A stretch of 60,221 bases of DNA, filler included, from Stramenopiles sp. TOSAG23-3 (Eukaryota): NCBI GenBank assembly GCA_900128585.1. It is 12 parts of 12 records of this genome, joined end to end, with 100 filler letters (N's around TTAATTAATTAA, not from the genome) between each part and the next. Parts side by side here need not be neighbours in the genome. Positions count along the whole stretch, not along the records: positions 1 to 4,942 come from LT643659.1; positions 5,043 to 9,983 come from LT643660.1; positions 10,084 to 15,021 come from LT643661.1; 9 more parts are not named here. One strand, given 5' to 3'. The notes below the pieces were generated by a model. The model was not told the DNA's origin, did no database searches, and worked only from the letters and a program-made list of their open reading frames with translations. A program made the translations under genes and the position numbers. This document shows, piece by piece, positions 1 to 12,259 of the stretch (position 1 is the first letter of the stretch; each line of letters begins with the position of its first letter).

Positions 1-2574
1 CTTTCGGGAAGAGACTGTATATCTGAATTGTTTGCATGTATGTACATAATTTTCTCATAGCCGCAAGTTAATGGCTTCCATATACCATTGGTAAAAAACT
101 TTTTTGGGTGTGCATGATGCCAAAGCGTCTTACCAAATTCTGTTTCACATACAGCATATTGATTACGAAGATTAGCAATAATGATGGAGAAGAACACCAG
201 TCCAAAAATCCAAATAAAAAAAAAAAACCAATTTTTGAAACATATCTAGCCGTTCTTTGCACTTTTTACGTTTGAAAAGGTTTGCAGCAGACATAGATTT
301 TTCTCTAACGTTTTGCAAGTAAATTTTAAATGATGAACTTAAAGATAATTCCTTAGATTTTTTGTCTTCTTTCGTCATAATGCTATCATATATATCATCA
401 CATTTCGATACAATTGAAAAGGCAGGGAAAAAAATTGCCATGTTGGTCCAAAATTTTATATTTGCTTTAAGCATCACTTCGCCACCTCGAAAAATATTAT
501 TCGAAAGATACAATATATCTAGAATGTTATCAACAATATGCATAATGTATTTCACTTTTTTAGATTTTTTCCTCATACGTTGATACATCAATAACAAGGG
601 TGATATTGAAACGTTTGCAAGCAGCAACGCAATAGTAAATCCTATATAATACAAATTTGAGTTTCTGCAATTCTCTTCAAAACTAAAGAATTGTGATACC
701 ATTTCGTATAATTCACTAATCACAACTCTTTGGATATATAATTTTCCATATGGAAATGAAAGTAAATCATCGTAAAACACTTTTTTATAAATTCTTATAC
801 GATCACTAATTGATATCGTATGATCATCTTCGTCTGCATGTTTATTTTGCAATTTCAAACTAGTGGTACCTCGCACTATAGATGTTAATTGTATCAAAAA
901 CAATTGAAATGCAAAGATTGCTATAAAGTAATATAATGCCACCCATATAAATCCACTTCCAAATATATTTTTACCTTGTAGTAAATCTTTCAATAAAAGC
1001 ATTTCAAAATTGATGTTATAAAGCATCGTAATAACGGTTACTCCTAAACATAAAATGCATGACAGCAGTAAGGATGAAGTTTCTGTTTTTGTCATTCTTT
1101 TAATTTGTATTGTAAACTTTTTTAAACCTTTTGAGATCTTCTTCTTTTTTTCTGCTTTATAAAATGTATATAAATTATATAATAACAAAATATTTGAAAT
1201 AACTATATTTGTAATTACTACTGCAATCAAGTATATGTTTGTCCAATTATTAAATGCGATAAAGATGCATGTTGTTGGTGCCTTTTGATTGTTATTCAGT
1301 AATTCGGGCATACTTTTGTAATATTGATGCAATGTTTCGTTGACCTCTTTCATATTACACATTCCAGTTGTATCATCTACAAGTTTTATTTTATTTTTGA
1401 TGGCATCAAAGCAATTTGTTTTATAATTTTCTCTATAATTAGATATTTTGGTGCAATGATGGAGTTTATTAAATGTTATATCATGGATAACTTGCATGAA
1501 GATTACAACCATCTCAACTTGTTCTGGTTCTTTTGACGGATCTATATTTAATGCACTTAATATAATTTTTCTATATTGCGATCCAGGAATCAAGATATCT
1601 AACACCATTTTCTCAAGCTTTGCTTTTTGTTGCATAAGCTTCCCGCATTTCTTTTCGTATCTTGTGCATAAATCTAAATTATAGCACATAGGCATCGAAT
1701 TGCATGAATTTGTACATGTTGGCATCAAGCCACTGCACCAAACATCTTGCAGGACTGCAGTGCATTCGTAAACATCCTTGGAACTTCTAAGCGATTGCGT
1801 ACCAAGTATATGAACAAGTGTATCTATGCTAGATTTTAAAAAAGAATCTAAATTTTCTAATCGTGCCTCTTTTTCTTGGAATGAGAGAGGTTTATAAAAT
1901 TTCTCCAATGAGACTGCATACGGTTTGCTGCGTGACTTTTGAAAGCACAAGCTAGTCAATTTTCTTCCGCCCAAATTAGTTGGTCTAATGACAGTACAAT
2001 TTTTGGTGCCGTCTATCACAATATCCTTTTTTACATCTTGTGGTATGTATGGATTACATATTTTTAGCTTTGAAATGAAACACATCAACAATATCAAAAA
2101 TGTTAATAACAATGGTATTAATGCCTTTTTATTAGTTTTTAAATGTTTATTTTCAGCATACATATTTACAATTTGATTTGCAATTGATTGAAATAACACA
2201 ATAACTACGACATATCCAAGTGTCCAAGTCTTAGCAATGTCATCTTTATATGTTGCCAGTACGAACAATATGATTACTAATATATTAATTATCAATAATA
2301 TCACCGCTGTATGTATGGTACATTTCCTTCCAACAGCTTCTCTAATAGCTAAAGAAATCCGTGTACCACGCCGTTTACGATTGATTTGATTCGTATTATT
2401 ATTATTATTATTATTATGATTATCTGATGCGGACAAATGTTGTTGTAAATTTTTTGGCAAATGACTTGATTCTTGGAAGAATGGATTGATCGTTGCCATT
2501 TGTATATTGATTTCTTTTGCATTTTTTGATGATGGTGGTATCTCGTAATGCTCTTCTTCTTTTTTTTTCTTCAT
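1..2574 (-). CDS. Multi-pass membrane protein with Frizzled-CRD-like Cys domain, continuing into a probable LRR region (3'-truncated; apparent frameshift at 216-227)
   Basis: 800-aa ORF with many hydrophobic segments and the Cys pattern CTAVLQDVWCSGLMPTC..C...MC....C......C. Removing one T from the T12 run gives an open frame to the contig edge, ending ...CGYEKIMYIHANNSDIQSLPE. Confidence 0.75.
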
Positions 2575-3293
2575 GGTGATATATATATTTATTATGTACT
2601 CATGTACAAATACAATTTGTATATCCTATTTATGGCTAAACGGTATTCTAAAATGTTTCAATTATTAATATATTTGAATTACTATACGACTGTATGTACA
2701 GTATATATTTTTATATGTAATGAATCTATATTTGAGATTCTCTTTAGTCAACACCGTTGATATATATAAGATGACATATATTTATATATTAATATATGTA
2801 TGTATAATACATACATTTATTGGTTCTCTTTTTTTTGTTGGATTATTTTAGACCGGATCTGGTTAGTCAAAATTAGTATTTTTATATAGGATTTAATTAT
2901 TTTTTAATTTATACTTGATTTGTATTGTACCTGCACAGGATTCATAATATATTTTATTTTAATATTTGTTACTGCTGTGCAGTGTAAATTGGATCATCAT
3001 TTTGCCATTATTTTGGATACTGGTTTTAAGGTGTGTGGTGAAATTAATTATAATTTGGTGTTGCAAATCGATGGAAGCTATAAATAGAATAAAGCATTGT
3101 AAAAAAACCTTCGAGAAAGAGGATAGATGCGTCTGCCAGTCTGGTTAATGAATGTGTTTTGTGATTAAATAAAAAAATACGATATAAAAAATGAGAATGG
3201 AAAGTAACATTTTATTAGGTTCGTACAATATATTTGTTTGTACGTTTCGTAATTAATACGAGTATTTTTACACAAAACTACTATTTTTTTTTA

Positions 3294-4199
3294 TTATACA
3301 ACATCTTCAATAATTTCATAAAATTTCTCATACAAAGAAAACAATAACCCCATTTCAATCATAACTCTAGTTAAACGTGGTGTTAACCCACGAAATAAAG
3401 CAAAAATATTACCATTTTCCGTTGCAATAACATGCTTAGCAGTTTTAAATACAGAAACACGTTTAGTGCCAACGCTCAATGCCATTTGGTTTGTTCGTAA
3501 TGTATCAATCGGTTGCGTAACAATTGCACTAACACCACCAGCGATATTACCACTAAAGACAACATATTGAAATGGTAATTTCTCTCCATTTTCCTTATTG
3601 ATATTTAATTTATTTTCAAAATATTGTTTACTTGCATTGAATATAGTAAACCGTATAGCATAATTTACTGTGTTTTTAATAGCAGTTGCAAATAATCCAG
3701 GTAAAACAAACCCTTGCCAACCAACTTTTTCATAACATATTTGGACACTCTTCATAAATCCAGCATTTAATTCTGGGTTTGACATTTTTAATTGTGCTAA
3801 TTTGACTGATGTATTATTTTGTGGTGTTAAACAAGTGACAGATTCAATAAAACCTGAAAAGGCACCACATATAATTTGAGTCGAAGTACTTTTCTTATTT
3901 TTAAATTGTTTATTGGCAAATTCAAAAGCAGGGAATCGTATGGCACTCCTTGGAAATGCAAATAAAAACCATGCCGGGGAGCCAGTATACAATGTGCGAA
4001 TATAACCTTGTTGTTTACATCTATTATGTACAATATTTAATACGTGTTTGAATTTAATATTATTTTTTACAGCATTATTATTATCCGTAATTCCTAATTG
4101 TGTATTAACTTTTAAAAATTCCAATGGGAAGGTAATGGATATTTCACAGACACCAGCACATCCACCCGCAAGAAACGATGGTAAAAAATCACGTCCCAT
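3294..4199 (-). CDS. Mitochondrial carrier (SLC25), citrate/tricarboxylate carrier-like
   Basis: Three carrier repeats with PX(D/E)XX(K/R)-type motifs (PLEFLK, PQNNTSVK, PIDTLR). Likely start is MGRDFLPSFLAGG at 4199. Confidence 0.9.
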   Translation of the reverse strand: MGRDFLPSFLAGGCAGVCEISITFPLEFLKVNTQLGITDNNNAVKNNIKFKHVLNIVHNRCKQQGYIRTLYTGSPAWFLFAFPRSAIRFPAFEFANKQFKNKKSTSTQIICGAFSGFIESVTCLTPQNNTSVKLAQLKMSNPELNAGFMKSVQICYEKVGWQGFVLPGLFATAIKNTVNYAIRFTIFNASKQYFENKLNINKENGEKLPFQYVVFSGNIAGGVSAIVTQPIDTLRTNQMALSVGTKRVSVFKTAKHVIATENGNIFALFRGLTPRLTRVMIEMGLLFSLYEKFYEIIEDVV

Positions 4200-4628
4200 A
4201 TTTATATGTACATATACATGTATATATATATATCTTCTTGTCTTTCCACAAAAAATTACTAGTATATATTCTCTCTCCCATCCTTTTTCTATTATTAATT
4301 CATTCCCTTGGTCCAACACCCATCAAAATATATATACTTCGTATAAAATATCTTTTTTCTGTCTTTTGTATGGCATGCTGGCATGTACCTTAAGCTCCTG
4401 TATCCTGTATCCTGACAATTATTATTTAAGGTGTTTGTTGATATTGAAGTTTCGTTCTTCTCTCGTTTTGTTCTTCTAATCGAACAACATTACATATTTA
4501 TACTGCATGTAAAACAAAGTGTGAAAAGTAATAAAGTATAGTAGAAAGTATATATATATATATAGATATGCATACATTGTGATTGTGTCTTAAAGAATTG
4601 TTTGTAAGAAATACAAATACCAGAAAAA

Positions 4629-4942
4629 ATGTTACATAAAATTATGAAACGTGGAATAATTTGGTCTATACGAAATAATAACCAACATCATCAAAAATTA
4701 ACAACAATTTCCTCAAGTTTGGCCAATAATGATAATATTGATGACGTAAATAAAAGTATATATTTGAAAAACCATGTAGAACTTATACAATTGAATCATG
4801 GGACTAATAATAGTGACAGCAATATCTATCGATTACGACCTAGCTACTATTTATTAGATACGATTGGAGATATAACTAGTATTGAAATGTGTAATAATAA
4901 CATAAGTGTTGAAGGAAAAGTGTCTCCAAACCTTCCTATTTG
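4629..4942 (+). CDS. Partial gene; divergent glycine-cleavage-H-like protein with putative mitochondrial presequence
   Basis: Basic N-terminus, then YLKNHVELI...YRLRPSYYLLDTIGDITSIEM, which resembles the GcvH N-terminal YxxxHEW...IGITxYAxxxLGDIVFVEL. Cut by the contig end. Confidence 0.45.
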
Positions 4943-5042
4943 NNNNNNNNNNNNNNNNNNNNNNNNNNNNNNNNNNNNNNNNNNNNTTAATTAATTAANN
5001 NNNNNNNNNNNNNNNNNNNNNNNNNNNNNNNNNNNNNNNNNN
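4943..5042. other. Artificial contig-joining linker (first of 11)
   Basis: N44-TTAATTAATTAA-N44, with stops in all six frames. Identical linkers at 9984-10083, 15022-15121, 20053-20152, 25082-25181, 30107-30206, 35131-35230, 40152-40251, 45173-45272, 50190-50289 and 55207-55306. The segments between them fall from 4942 to 4915 bp. Confidence 0.97.
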
Positions 5043-8000
5043 CACCCTTTACGGGATCGTGCTCCGCGAGAACCAACACGTTGCACGGGACGCTTTGCCA
5101 GGGTACTCCCTCTTCGTGCCCAAGCGAGACCATTCGTGGTGGGATCTTCACTGTATCGGAATCCAGTCTACCACCCACTGCCAAGTGCACCCCCTGGACG
5201 GTCTGCGGCGGCGGGACCTTTGTGAGCGCGGCAGGTTCCTCTACTTCCGACCGCGCGTGCTCATCGTGCGGGTCGCAAACCTTTTCGACGGGGTCCAACC
5301 AAGGAGCATGCTCACAGCGGCGCAACTGCACGGCCGGGGCCTTCGTCTCGGCGAACGGAACTGCGACGAGCGACAGGTCGTGCTCGGCATGCGGATCCGG
5401 GACGTTCTCTTCCCTCGAAAACGCCCTTGCCTGCTCGACGTGGCGCAACTGCAGCGCGGGAAGCTTTGTCTCGGCGGACGGAACTTCATCGAGCGACAGG
5501 TCGTGCTCGACGTGGCGCAACTGCAGCGCGGGAAGCTTTGTCTCGGCGGACGGAACTTCATCGAGCGACAGGTCGTGCTCGGCATGCGGAACCGGGACGT
5601 TCTCTTCCCTCGAAAACGCCGCTGCCTGTTCGACGTGGCACAACTGCACGGCCGCGGCCTTCGTCGCGGTTAGGGGGTCTTCGTCGAACGACACTTGCAC
5701 CATTTGGGCCAATTGCGTAGCGGGCCAGAAGATAGCCGCCAACGGCACAAGCAGCACCGACCGTACTTGCGAAGCATGCCCGACTGGGCAATATTCTATC
5801 GAACCCAACCAGAACGCTTGCACCGAACTTCATTTTACCCACTTGAGCCCTACGAATCATACCACCATCGGGGGAGTACTCACCCACTTTTATGGCCGCC
5901 ACTTTGTGAATGCGACCACTACCATACAAACAAATGGCCTAGACTGGACACACATTGCATGGCACAACGATTCCTGGATATCTGCTATATCCCCAGCAGG
6001 CACAGGAAAAGCACACGCGGTGGTGATTGTGATTGCCGGCATTGTAGCAGATACCGACGAGATACAATTTTCCTACGCGCCGCCTATTATTACGTCTACG
6101 GTTGCACCAGGATTTCGAGGTGGCAAATTGCAGCTAGTAGGTTTGAATTTTGGCGCAGACAAGAACAAGCTTTCTGTCACGACGTACGAGGATGGCGGAT
6201 GTTCTAGAGAGTGCAGCGACCCAGAAATAACAGATAAAGGCGTTACATGCCAATTTAACGGTGTTGGAACTCAAGGTAGCTGCCGCGGGGTGGAAGTTAC
6301 CGTTGACGGCCAGACCAGTTCCCGCGGCGAATTCTGTTACGACGTAGACCGAGGAGATATGGTCTTCAATGGTATGCTAGACCGCGTGCAAGAATTGCAA
6401 AGTTTTGAATATACCATTGGGCTTAGCAAAGGTATAACCCGAACCAAGAATGTGGCTGTCGAGATTGCTGTCGATTCCAGTGCTTGTAGACTTTCGACCT
6501 CACGGCTTACATTTAATACTTCAGAAGTGGATGCAAAAACGGTAAAAGTGACAACCACTGGTAACCTTATCGACAACGGAAGAGAAGCCGTTTTCCAGAC
6601 ATGCCAACTAGCCCACAAGGTGAATTCAACTGACCCTTCGTATGAATCGGCCGCCCCTAGTACAAAAACCGTGGACATAATCAACGACGACGTGGCAGAT
6701 GTGCGATTATGGATGAAAAATCCTACGACCAAAGAGTACTCGCACAGGGTCCGTTTTATTCCTTTCTTTGTTCGCGAAGGTAGCAGTGTGTCGTATGGGG
6801 TTCGATTGAATACCATACCCCAAAAAACGGTGGTAGTCACCCCAAGCGGGTCATTACAGAGGGCGGGTGTATTGATGCCACCACAAATTACCATTTCCCC
6901 CGGCGCTTTGACATTTGACGCGACCAATTGGAATGTTACCCAAGATATCACCATTACACTGCAGCAAAATGATGTAGACCACAATGTAGAAACCTTTGAG
7001 ATAGTGCATACTGTTGCCACAGATGACACCGTTTTTTTAGCCGAAGCTACTCGGGCATCCAACACGCTTTCTGTCGCCATCGATGCAAACAATGACGATA
7101 CGGCTGGTATCAATTTGGCCGAAAACAAAGGCCTGCGGCTTGAAGAAGGAAGTGGAGATAAAACGGATACGATTGCTATTGCCAGTTTGAATTCACAGCC
7201 CGTGCATGATGTGAATATCCATGTGGAATCACCTGCCAACATGAAAGTGACACCTGCTCCGCCCATTAAAATTCCGAAAGTCAATTGGAAAAATGCCAAT
7301 ATAACCTTTACTTTCGAAGCGCTGAAAGGAATTGTGGAGGAACGGCCCGTGATTAAAATTCTAGCAGTCAGCAATGACCCAAAATACAATGGCACGGCAC
7401 TCAATATCAATGCATTGGTTCAGTTGTTAGGAAAAATGCCCGAGACCAACATAGTAGCCAAGCCGCCTGCCAATAGTGCATGGTCGCACGCTTCTTTTAC
7501 CATACAATCTTCTTCAGCAAATGTGAAATCCTTTGAATGGCGTGTGGACACTAGCGAGTATGCGACTGTTGCGGCCGTCGATGGCAGCAGCAGCGTGCAT
7601 CTACCCTCCTTAGATTATGGAGTACATCGGTTCGAAGCAAGGGCCGTGCTTGACACAGGTACATTAGACCCAACACCTGCTTCATTTGATTGGACGATTG
7701 CGCACTGCAATGACCCGAACCGAATACCAGAGCAATATGCATCTGTTGACGCCAGAGGAGCTCTTGTTTGTACCGATTGTCCCCATGCGGTCGGTTCCAA
7801 CTGCAAAACTTTGGACGTCACATGGGAAGGCATATACGCCAACAAAGGATGGTGGACGGCTGGAGACGCCAAAGATACCTATTACAAATGTCCTTTTAAA
7901 ACTGCTTGTTTGGGCGGTGAAACCCGCTCTGGCAAAAACAATAGAACGGTGCGATACAATACCACCAAAAGCAGGTGCGATACAGGCTACGCGGGAGTAG

Positions 8001-9601
8001 TATGTGCCATCTGCAACAAAGGCTATTATTTGATGGACGACTTATGCCTCCCATGCTTACCTGCAAATGGCGGCGCAGAGACCCTGGTCATTGTAGTATT
8101 TAGCGGAGCATTTGGGTTGTTTATGTTTCTATTAATTCGCCAAATGCGTGTTAGAGATAGCCAATGGTATTGGAAGAGGCTTATGAGCGCGGGGAAAAAG
8201 AAGAGCGCGCTGGATACTGATTCATTGAGAAAGAGAAACAAGCTAGGAAAACATTTAAAAATATTTGTTGGGTTTATTCAGATATTAAGTGTGTCCGACT
8301 CGGCCTATAAAATTCCGTGGCCCGAAGAGTTTCTTTCCTTTTTAAGATTCATGACGCCCGTCAACTTTGATTTCTTATCCATGTCAGGAGTTGGATGTTT
8401 GGTGGAATACAACTTTTTCCATTCCTATACCACGATGATGCTGATTCCGTTATGCGCGTCGGCATTTGTGTTTGCCGCCTACGCCATTGGTTTAAAACGC
8501 CACGAGCAGCATTTTAAAAAGAGATTTACGCACGGGATGCGTACCCATTACACCGACCATGTGTTGCAGTTTACGATGTGGGTAGTGTTGATTATATATC
8601 CACCTCTTAGCAGGCGCTCCTTGGAATACTTCAACTGTTCAGGCAACATCGATGGAAAATTTTATTTGACCAAAGATTACACCATTGAATGTTTTGTAGG
8701 ACAGTGGAACGCAATGTTACCTGTGGCCATTTTATCGGTAGCCATCTATCCTCTGGGTATTCCAGCTCTTTTTGCATTTCAATTGTGGAGGCATCGCAAA
8801 GAACTGGACAACGACGCCGTGGTGGCACGGTATGGATTCTTGTATGAACCCTACCGACGTGAGGCATTTCTGTGGGACATATGGGAAATGCTACGCAAGC
8901 TGCTGTTGACTGGCGTGATAGTATTAATCTTTCCAGGTAAATCCTTCCAAGTCGTATTTATTGCACTCTGCAACATTTGCTTCTTGACGTTCATACTAGT
9001 AGAAAAACCGCATGTACCAGGACCAGGCCGCACGCTGGCATTTCTCTCCAGTTTCGCCATCACTTTTACCATGATGATGGGCTTAGTGCTGAAAGCATTT
9101 GGCGATGCCCAAGCATACAGCGGATTCCTCGCCTTTTTGTTGATAGCGGTCAACAGTACGGTAGCAATCTACACGGTCAAACTTATTGTGACGACCCTCT
9201 GTGGAAAACGTTGTGCGCGCAAAAAGAGAGACAAGACGATGGTAGCACCTTCAGATACGACTGCGCAACGTGTAAAACACTTTTTGGCGGAAATGGAGAA
9301 AGAAGATTTGGAATTGATATCGGAAGAGAAGATATGTAAGTTTTTAAAGATGTCTCAGAGCGAGCGGGATGCATATGCTGCGCGGGGAGAAATGCAAAGG
9401 GCATTTATGGCCGCATTTATCACTATTGAAAAGAAAATGACCAGCATCGAATCAAGAGAACGCAACACAGGGAAAACAAACAAAGTCTTGCGCCTCTTGT
9501 CGTCTTCGGGTGAAAAACTAAATGTAGAACAGTTAAAATCCATTAGGAAACAACATGGAGCACAGTCAAAAGAATACAAAGAAGCGTTAACAAAGATATA
9601 A
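5043..9601 (+). CDS. Large Cys-rich cell-surface protein: TNFR/furin-like Cys repeats, IPT/TIG and Ig-like domains, C-terminal multi-TM region (5'-truncated)
   Basis: >1500-aa ORF open from the contig edge. Contains CxxGxF..GT..SDRxC repeats, TIG motifs (GGVLTHFYGRHF, FSYAPPII) and a TM block with KIFVGFIQI, PWP, YLTKDYTIEC and YGFLYEPYRREAFLWDIWEMLRK, typical of protist adhesion-like membrane proteins. Confidence 0.85.
5432..5575 (+). repeat. Exact 72-bp in-frame tandem duplication
   Basis: Two identical copies encoding CSTWRNCSAGSFVSADGTSSSDRS. Confidence 0.9.
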
Positions 9602-10343
9602 ACTTGTATTTTATACAAAAGAACTTTCTAGAGTTTCCCCCCCTCTGGGACGACCTTTTTACGGACAACGCAAACAGAGGGGCGAACACGTGGTCTTCCG
9701 ATGCGGTCCGGTACGCGATGCGGGCATTTGTGAGCGCAAGTGTATCTTCAGCGGAAGTGTATGATTTTGTGTATGCCTCTAAGACACTAACATACTAAAT
9801 CATACACTCAAAACATTATGATATCATATTTAAAAAAAATTATATTTAAAAAAAAATAATTATATTAATGATAGACAAAACATTATTAATGCTGTATGAT
9901 GGTATAGAAAGTGTTTAATGGCTGTTATAAATTTTAGTATTTAAGAAATTATTTAAAATAATTTTTTTTGACAAGTATTTAACNNNNNNNNNNNNNNNNN
10001 NNNNNNNNNNNNNNNNNNNNNNNNNNNTTAATTAATTAANNNNNNNNNNNNNNNNNNNNNNNNNNNNNNNNNNNNNNNNNNNNTTCTGTCTTCTTTTGTT
10101 AGTTATTATAAATAAGAAAAGAAAAAAATATTATCAATATAGGAGAGGAAACAGAGACAAAATATCTGCTACGAAATAGAATCATGAAATTATTTATTCA
10201 GAAACTTTCTCTTGCGGTTTGAATGGAAAACGAGTTTTCAATAGTGCAAAGAAAGTGGTGCAGGCGAAGTAAGTTTTCGAACAAGTCAGGTTGTCTATTT
10301 TTCTTAATACACAGTAACTGTTCGTCTTGCTTTCGAAACCACC

Positions 10344-11729
10344 ATGCTGCCCGCTCGTCGCTCTCACATGGAGAGGTACAAGCAGCAACGAGCACAACAA
10401 CCGGTTACTGTCAGGAACATTATGGATTTAAGCGTTCACGGGTCCAATCCTATAACGAGAAATACAGTTTCAAAACGACCGCAGGGCAAGCCAAGGCCCC
10501 GAAGCGGCATTGTTCGCCCTGTCACGTACAGAAAACCAAAAGGGAGGGCTTACGACACTGCACGAACGTCCCACATGGGACCGCACTCGGGTGAGGAGCA
10601 GGAAGTGTCGGGGGACAAGAATTTGTTCCTGAACTACATGAAGTCACTATCCATGAAAAGCACAAACCCTGTAAAAAATATCAGACCTAAAAGTGCATCA
10701 ATTTTAAGAACAAAAAAAAATGATTTCACAAGAGCAACCAACCCAGACAAAACGAACGTGAACGTACGAAAGGCGCACTCGAGAAAGAGACCGACTATCC
10801 ATAGACACAAATCCGACGGGGGTAGCATGGCCACGGACGCAACGAGCATGCAAGGTGATGCGAATCACGGGAGACAATTTCTAGCCTTTACATCGAAACA
10901 GGGGAATGGAAATTCTCCGTCGTTAGAAAACCCACTGTTAGATCCTGCTTCTGAGCAGAAATCGGTCCCCGTAGAAAACCTTGAAGGAAGGAAACTATTC
11001 CAACCCCCAGTTTCTGCCGTCGCCCTTTCATTGGGGACTGATGAGTGTCACTCCGCGCCAGCAACTGCGCGAGAGTCAGCAGCCACCGACATTCACACTT
11101 TTACAAACCATATTTTTCAAGACGAATTGAGTACAAATAGAGTAGTCGCAAAGAAGGGAGCCTTTTTAGACAGCCCCCCGCCACGCCTACCGGCGGCGGA
11201 AAAGGCGGCCCCTGCAACCCCCACCAGCCTTGGCAACATGGAGGAGAACGAAGAGTACCACAAGTGTATTGTAAATGGGGTGTTTTCAGAGACAATTCCG
11301 GGTGCAAGTTCTTTTCCGCAATGCATGGCTTCGCCGATGTCAGCTTGGGGGAAAGACGATGACGCCGACAACTTACTCTTTCGCCGCAGAGATGTTGTTT
11401 CAATAGACCACACGGTAGCGGTAGGGAAATGCTATCGAAAGCACAAGGGCAAACTACAAGCATGGCGAAAAAAGAAAGCAAAGAAGAAGGGAACAAAGGC
11501 TGCAAGCAAGGCCAAACTATCTTCCGTCCCAGAGGACTCTACAGTCTTGGCAGAAACAACAGATGCAGTAAATAGCAAATTAGAGAAACAAAGCAAAAAG
11601 AAGAATCGAAGAACTGCGCTGCAAAATGTTCAGAATGTGGAGCACATTCCTCGCACGAGTCCAAGTGCAAAAGCAAGAACCGCTCTGCTCAATGTTGCCA
11701 GAACGCCAAAGACTAAAAATAGCCATTAG
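10344..11729 (+). CDS. Hypothetical protein, basic and probably disordered
   Basis: 461-aa ATG ORF in a GC-rich island flanked by AT-rich spacers; no motif recognised. Confidence 0.7.
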   Translation: MLPARRSHMERYKQQRAQQPVTVRNIMDLSVHGSNPITRNTVSKRPQGKPRPRSGIVRPVTYRKPKGRAYDTARTSHMGPHSGEEQEVSGDKNLFLNYMKSLSMKSTNPVKNIRPKSASILRTKKNDFTRATNPDKTNVNVRKAHSRKRPTIHRHKSDGGSMATDATSMQGDANHGRQFLAFTSKQGNGNSPSLENPLLDPASEQKSVPVENLEGRKLFQPPVSAVALSLGTDECHSAPATARESAATDIHTFTNHIFQDELSTNRVVAKKGAFLDSPPPRLPAAEKAAPATPTSLGNMEENEEYHKCIVNGVFSETIPGASSFPQCMASPMSAWGKDDDADNLLFRRRDVVSIDHTVAVGKCYRKHKGKLQAWRKKKAKKKGTKAASKAKLSSVPEDSTVLAETTDAVNSKLEKQSKKKNRRTALQNVQNVEHIPRTSPSAKARTALLNVARTPKTKNSH

Positions 11730-12259
11730 TCCAAAATGAGAGAGAAATAACATGGTTGGAGTATTTGTAAAGGTTCGCGTAAAAGCTAGAAATTCATAAA
11801 TATTCAAGATGTTTTTTATTTTTTACTTTTTTTTGATTTACACTACATTTGTTTTTACTTTTTTAAATATTTTCAATGTCCCTAATATCTCTCTAAAATG
11901 TTTGCCTTTTCGATGATGATGATGTGCACATTCTATAAAATCCAAATTAATGCTCTCTTATGTATTTACAAGTGGCAAGAAGACATCGTCATTTTAAAAT
12001 GTAATTCACTCATTACTATACGTACCGTTACGGGTACGGGTGGTACCATCATTCATCATCAGCCGCAGATTAAAAATATAGAATAAATAAAATAAATAAT
12101 AACGGAAAGTTCTAATTGTTGATTAAATGTTTCTATAATATTCCATTTTTTGTGACCACGTTAAGCTAGAAAAGTGAAAGATAAATGTTCAAGGACGGTG
12201 TGGCTTTCGCTCCTCCATTGGGGACACATTAATGTTTGTGTTGTTGAAAGAGAGAGTAA

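Noticed and set aside
4987-4998. Regularly spaced TTAATTAATTAA palindromes every ~5 kb
   Set aside because: They are embedded in fixed N runs, so they are artificial linkers. Gene neighbourhoods across them carry no meaning.
6337-7410. Long antisense ORFs (also 4987-5823, 41526-42251, 58639-59352)
   Set aside because: Shadows of real genes on the opposite strand, with no motifs of their own.
9605-9800. GC-rich stretch after the surface-protein gene, a possible terminal exon on the minus strand
   Set aside because: An open frame exists but has no start, motif or upstream exon to support it.
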